DNA of 64,000 nucleotides, from positions 421-64,420 of the forward strand of contig JAZRUF010000005.1 of NCBI GenBank assembly GCA_045652405.1, given 5' to 3'. The DNA comes from Eubacteriales bacterium (GTDB lineage: Bacteria > Bacillota > Clostridia > Oscillospirales > JAAYXM01). The notes below the pieces were generated by a model, which searched no databases, was not told where the DNA came from, and saw nothing but the letters and a program-made list of their open reading frames with translations. Below are positions 60,421 to 64,000 of the stretch, piece after piece (within the stretch, counting starts at the first letter, position 1; the number at the start of each line of letters is the position of its first letter). The position numbers and the translations under genes were made by a program.

Positions 60421-62628
60421 CTATTGCCCGCCAATCAGCGCGCGCAGTCCGCTGTATCTGTTTCTTTGTTTGTTATTGTCAACCATCGCCTGCACGTTAT
60501 TTAAATCACCTACGATTATTAAAAGCTCCTTCGCGCGGGTTATAGCCGTGTAAAGCACGCTTCTGTGAAGTAGATATTTCGTACCTCCCAAAGCCGCAAA
60601 AACCACCGCTCGAAATTCGCTTCCCTGCGCTTTGTGCACGGTCATTGCATATGCAAGCTCAAGCTCATTTATCATAGTAAACGGATAGTATACCAACCTG
60701 TCATCAAACTCGACAGTGACCACCTCGCTCTGCAAATCAATGGCCTTTATTTCACCCACATCACCGTTAAAAACACCCATGCCGGACTCTCCGTCATATA
60801 TGCTGTGCCATGCTCGGTCATAGTTGTTTCTAACCTGCATGACGCGGTCGCCTACTCGAAACACCCGCTCACCTATACGTTTTTCCTTCTTATCCGGATG
60901 TGGTGGGTTTATCGCCTGCTGCAAGCGCCGGTTGAGCACTGCAGTTCCTACCTCGTATTTGCGGTTGGTGGTAAGCACCTGTATTTGGCTTGCAGGTATT
61001 TTCATATTCTCAGGAAGCCTTCTTGAAACCAAATCCACAACCGTATCTATGCACTCTGTATACACATTTTTCCGCAAAAAAAACAAGTCACTGTCCTTCT
61101 GCGTTAAATCCGGCATCTCTCCGCGGTTTATCTGATGTGCTCCAACAACTATGTTACTCTCTGCCGCTTGACGAAAAATCTCTTCTAGCCGCACGGTCGG
61201 AACCACGTCCGATGCAATCAGGTCCTTTAAAACATTTCCCGCACCCACACTCGGCAACTGATCCGCATCACCGACAAGCACAAGCCTGCAGCCTGGTCTT
61301 AGCGCATCCGTAACCGCACGCATAAGCATAAGGTCCACCATACTCATTTCGTCTATTATAAGAACATCGCAGTCGAGCGGTTCGCTGTGCGTTTTCCCAA
61401 ATACAGGGAACACATTCCCTTCGCTGTAGTTCATTTCAAGCATTCTGTGAATCGTCTTTGCCTCCGCGCTGCAAGCTTCGCTCATTCGCTTTGCCGCGCG
61501 TCCGGTCGGCGCGGCAAGCGCGCAATTTAACCCCAGCCTCTCAAAAACCGCAAGCATGCCGCGTATAACCGTGGTTTTACCGGTTCCCGGTCCACCTGTA
61601 AGTATCATAACCGGATTTTCTGCCGCCATAACTATCGCACGCCGCTGGTTTTCCGCATATTCAATTTTCTGCTCACGCGCAATCCTATTTATAAGCTTTT
61701 CACTGTCAACCCTTCCGCAAGCAGAAAAGTCAGACATCATATCTAAAAGCTTTTGAGCAACATATTCCTCAGCCTCATACAGATGCGCGAGATACACCGC
61801 ATCCACATCGCGTATCCGCCGAGTCTTTAACATACCGTCCTCGCACAGTGTACTCACCGCATTTTCTATCGGCAATATATCAAGCCCTATCATCTTTGCC
61901 GTTGCCTCAATCAACTTACCATACGGCAAAAAGCTGTGCCCAGCTTCTGAATTATAGCTTAGCGTGTATATAACCGCTGCCTCAACGCGCGACTGCGCCT
62001 CTGCGCTCACCCCAAGCTTCTCAGCCATCAAATCCGCCTTGTAAAAATCCACACCAAAAGTAAAATCCGTGAGGATATACGGATTTTGTTTTATAATACC
62101 TATCGCAGCACTGCCGTACATCCTGTAAAGCTTAACCGCAATCGCAGGCTCGACCTGATTTCCGACCAAATATTCCATAAGACGGCTGATTCCGTTTTGC
62201 ATTGCAAAATCCTCGGATATTTTCTTGGCTTTCTCCGGTGTTATACCGGATATTTCACAAAGCCGTTCCGGCTCCTGCTCCATAACATAAAAGCAGTTTT
62301 TACCGAATTTGGAAACCAGCTTCTCCGCGGTCTTCCTGCCCACACCTTTTACTGCACCTGAGGACAGATAATCCAATATCGCGCCCTCTTCCGCAGGCAA
62401 GCTGCGTTGAATCGTATCTATTTGAAATTGCTCACCGTAAGAGGCATGCTCAACCCATTTCCCCGCCGCCGATATAAACTCTCCAACGCCGATATGCGGG
62501 GCGCATCCGACCGCCGTAACCGTATCACCGCTTGATGAATTCACGCGAAGCACCGCATACCCGTTATCATCATTGCGGTAGATTACTGTATCAACAGTTC
62601 CCTCCAACGTTATTACTTCCTGCTTCAT
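60421..62628 (-). CDS. recD2: RecD2-type ATP-dependent DNA helicase (SF1B)
   Basis: N-terminal G.V..VIYRN.DNGYAVLRV, Walker A LTGGPGTGKTT, LIIDEMSMVD and a C-terminal TVHKAQGSEF. The ATG at 62628 is 5 nt after GGGGGA. Confidence 0.9.
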   Translation of the reverse strand: MKQEVITLEGTVDTVIYRNDDNGYAVLRVNSSSGDTVTAVGCAPHIGVGEFISAAGKWVEHASYGEQFQIDTIQRSLPAEEGAILDYLSSGAVKGVGRKTAEKLVSKFGKNCFYVMEQEPERLCEISGITPEKAKKISEDFAMQNGISRLMEYLVGNQVEPAIAVKLYRMYGSAAIGIIKQNPYILTDFTFGVDFYKADLMAEKLGVSAEAQSRVEAAVIYTLSYNSEAGHSFLPYGKLIEATAKMIGLDILPIENAVSTLCEDGMLKTRRIRDVDAVYLAHLYEAEEYVAQKLLDMMSDFSACGRVDSEKLINRIAREQKIEYAENQRRAIVMAAENPVMILTGGPGTGKTTVIRGMLAVFERLGLNCALAAPTGRAAKRMSEACSAEAKTIHRMLEMNYSEGNVFPVFGKTHSEPLDCDVLIIDEMSMVDLMLMRAVTDALRPGCRLVLVGDADQLPSVGAGNVLKDLIASDVVPTVRLEEIFRQAAESNIVVGAHQINRGEMPDLTQKDSDLFFLRKNVYTECIDTVVDLVSRRLPENMKIPASQIQVLTTNRKYEVGTAVLNRRLQQAINPPHPDKKEKRIGERVFRVGDRVMQVRNNYDRAWHSIYDGESGMGVFNGDVGEIKAIDLQSEVVTVEFDDRLVYYPFTMINELELAYAMTVHKAQGSEFRAVVFAALGGTKYLLHRSVLYTAITRAKELLIIVGDLNNVQAMVDNNKQRNRYSGLRALIGGQ

Positions 62629-62992
62629 CCATATCCCCCGCTGCATTTTCCGCCATCTGCTTTTTCAAATAATCACCAACATCTTCGCATGCAAGCACGC
62701 AAAGCTTAGCTCTTCCCCATGCTGCATGCAGAAGTTCATTGTGCATTTCCTCAGAAATATTGCCGCACAGAATTATCTCCCGCTCCTCCGGCAACATATC
62801 ACGTTGCCACAAAAGTGAATTAACAACCTTTTTCAAGTCCGTGTTTTCGTCCCGCGCAGCAACGACCGTGTAAGCGCATATTCCTTTACAGTCATCCGGC
62901 CGTATGAAAATTCCTATTATGAGCCAAACGAGTGTAGCAGCTCCAATCGCTGCAAATAAAGCAAAAATCCCCTCAAATACTATACTTGACAT
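62591..62992 (-). CDS. Hypothetical membrane-anchored protein (single N-terminal TM)
   Basis: 133-aa ORF with TM FEGIFALFAAIGAATLVWLIIGIFI and a soluble Cys-bearing domain. I recognise no family. Its 3-prime end overlaps recD2 by 38 nt. Confidence 0.45.
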   Translation of the reverse strand: MSSIVFEGIFALFAAIGAATLVWLIIGIFIRPDDCKGICAYTVVAARDENTDLKKVVNSLLWQRDMLPEEREIILCGNISEEMHNELLHAAWGRAKLCVLACEDVGDYLKKQMAENAAGDMDEAGSNNVGGNC

Positions 62993-63043
62993 ATGTAGTG
63001 CACCTCCGCACCATCATATGCAGATATGTAACAGGCGGTGAAT

Positions 63044-63535
63044 TTACCCGACAAATATCCCCGCTACACTGACCGCGCCATAGGATACCCCACAAACGAT
63101 AAGCCCTGCAATCAAAACACCTAAACCAATCGTCGGCAGAGCCTGACGCAACCTCATATTAAGAAGCCCGGCAAGCATAGCACCAGTCCATGCCCCGGTC
63201 CCCGGCAGTGGGATTGCAACTAAAATGCAAAGACCGATAAGCGAATATTTTCTGAGCATATACTCCTTCTTAAGAACATGATTTTCCACCCAGCAAATAG
63301 CTCTATACATTATCCGCTTTTCCTTAAACCAAGAAAAAAGCTTACGCACAAATAAAATCACAAACGGCACCGGAAGCATGTTGCCAATCGAGCACAAAAT
63401 CAAATTTTCAACAAACGGCATGTCATACGCTACACCTACCGGAATAGCGCCTCTAAGCTCAATAATAGGTACCATTGATAGGAAGAAAATCTGTACCGCC
63501 TTTCCAAGCGCAGTCGTAAAAAGTGCATCAAGCAT
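63044..63535 (-). CDS. Small multidrug export protein family (COG2426-type) membrane protein
   Basis: 163 aa. P.IELRGAIPVG, ...GN.LPVPF and LPGTGAWTGA are typical of the Sm_multidrug_ex family. Confidence 0.65.
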   Translation of the reverse strand: MLDALFTTALGKAVQIFFLSMVPIIELRGAIPVGVAYDMPFVENLILCSIGNMLPVPFVILFVRKLFSWFKEKRIMYRAICWVENHVLKKEYMLRKYSLIGLCILVAIPLPGTGAWTGAMLAGLLNMRLRQALPTIGLGVLIAGLIVCGVSYGAVSVAGIFVG

Positions 63536-63607
63536 AACCTATATCCTCACATTAATTATTTATAAATAATATTTTAACATATTTTGCGAAAAATCACAAG
63601 CGCAACT

Positions 63608-63641
63608 AAAGCCGGGGAGTTAAATAAAACTCCCCGGCTTT
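63608..63641 (-). terminator. Hairpin terminator after the ECF S-component gene
   Basis: 13-bp perfect stem, aaagccggggagt (63608-63620) pairing with actccccggcttt (63629-63641). The U residues lie mainly within or at the stem end, so the tail is weak. Confidence 0.55.
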
Positions 63642-63654
63642 AAATGCATATTTT

Positions 63655-64000
63655 TTAATCTACAAACTCAAGAATTATCTTATGTATCGCCTTATAGAGA
63701 ATAAATGTCACCACTGCATTTATACCCGCTTTGAGCGCATTAAACGGTATTATAATCGGAAGCAACATGCCCATTACATCTTTTGCCGATACCCCCATAT
63801 ACAACGGAGTAAGCAAAAGATTAAGCCCCGCCATAACCACAACCATGGTAATTGCACCCAAAACAAGAGAAATTATTGCTCCAAACATCGTGTGTTTTCT
63901 CATATATATGTTGCCGGCTACAAGAACAAAGCTTCCGGTGGAAACAATATGCATAACCGCACCAATCCACCCTGAAACCGAGCTTACGGTTATCGCCTGA
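63655..64000 (-). CDS. ECF transporter S component (substrate-specific membrane subunit), C-terminal part; gene continues past window end
   Basis: The frame stays open to the window edge (my translation upstream of the track Met reads QAITVSSVSGWIGAV). The hydrophobic C-terminus LLPIIIPFNALKAGINAVVTFILYKAI is typical of ECF S components (RibU/ThiT-like). Substrate unknown. Confidence 0.6.
   Translation of the reverse strand, partial: QAITVSSVSGWIGAVMHIVSTGSFVLVAGNIYMRKHTMFGAIISLVLGAITMVVVMAGLNLLLTPLYMGVSAKDVMGMLLPIIIPFNALKAGINAVVTFILYKAIHKIILEFVD

Overview
Densely coding 64-kb chromosomal segment, apparently from an endospore-forming anaerobic Firmicute of class Clostridia. The evidence is a complete spoIIIAA-AH operon, yunB, SLH-domain wall proteins, indolepyruvate:ferredoxin oxidoreductase and formate-THF ligase. 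I call about 61 protein-coding genes. Most are core housekeeping: gatCAB, ligA, rpoB-rpoC, upp, rpiB, tsaB/tsaE/tsaC, fhs, ung, tkt, ispE, coaE, prfA, queH, iorAB, mreB, recD2. I recognise no rRNA, tRNA, CRISPR array, transposase, integrase, prophage block or known defence system, and no intergenic gap exceeds about 315 nt. Most genes lie on the minus strand. Two plus-strand blocks (16.0-22.9 kb and 39.1-45.3 kb) are bounded by strong hairpin terminators. I do not see a convincing novel multi-gene system. The stretches worth a second look are: (1) a YknXYZ/MacAB-type efflux operon extended by an SLH-anchored protein, whose adaptor carries a Gly/Met-rich tail; (2) an SLH-anchored M3B (PepF-like) oligoendopeptidase; (3) an orphan 126-aa collagen-like (19 x GXY) mini-protein with a Cys-bearing N-terminus and a short helical C-terminus; (4) a translationally coupled CofE-like ligase plus YnbB-type PLP enzyme pair; (5) a three-gene cluster of a cyclase-fold protein with a degenerate metal motif, a TIM-barrel-like protein and an AAC(3)-family acetyltransferase; (6) rpoBC detached from the usual ribosomal-protein context, with a strongly acidic RpoB tail. 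All functional calls rest on motif and family recognition by eye from the supplied translations. No database search was run.
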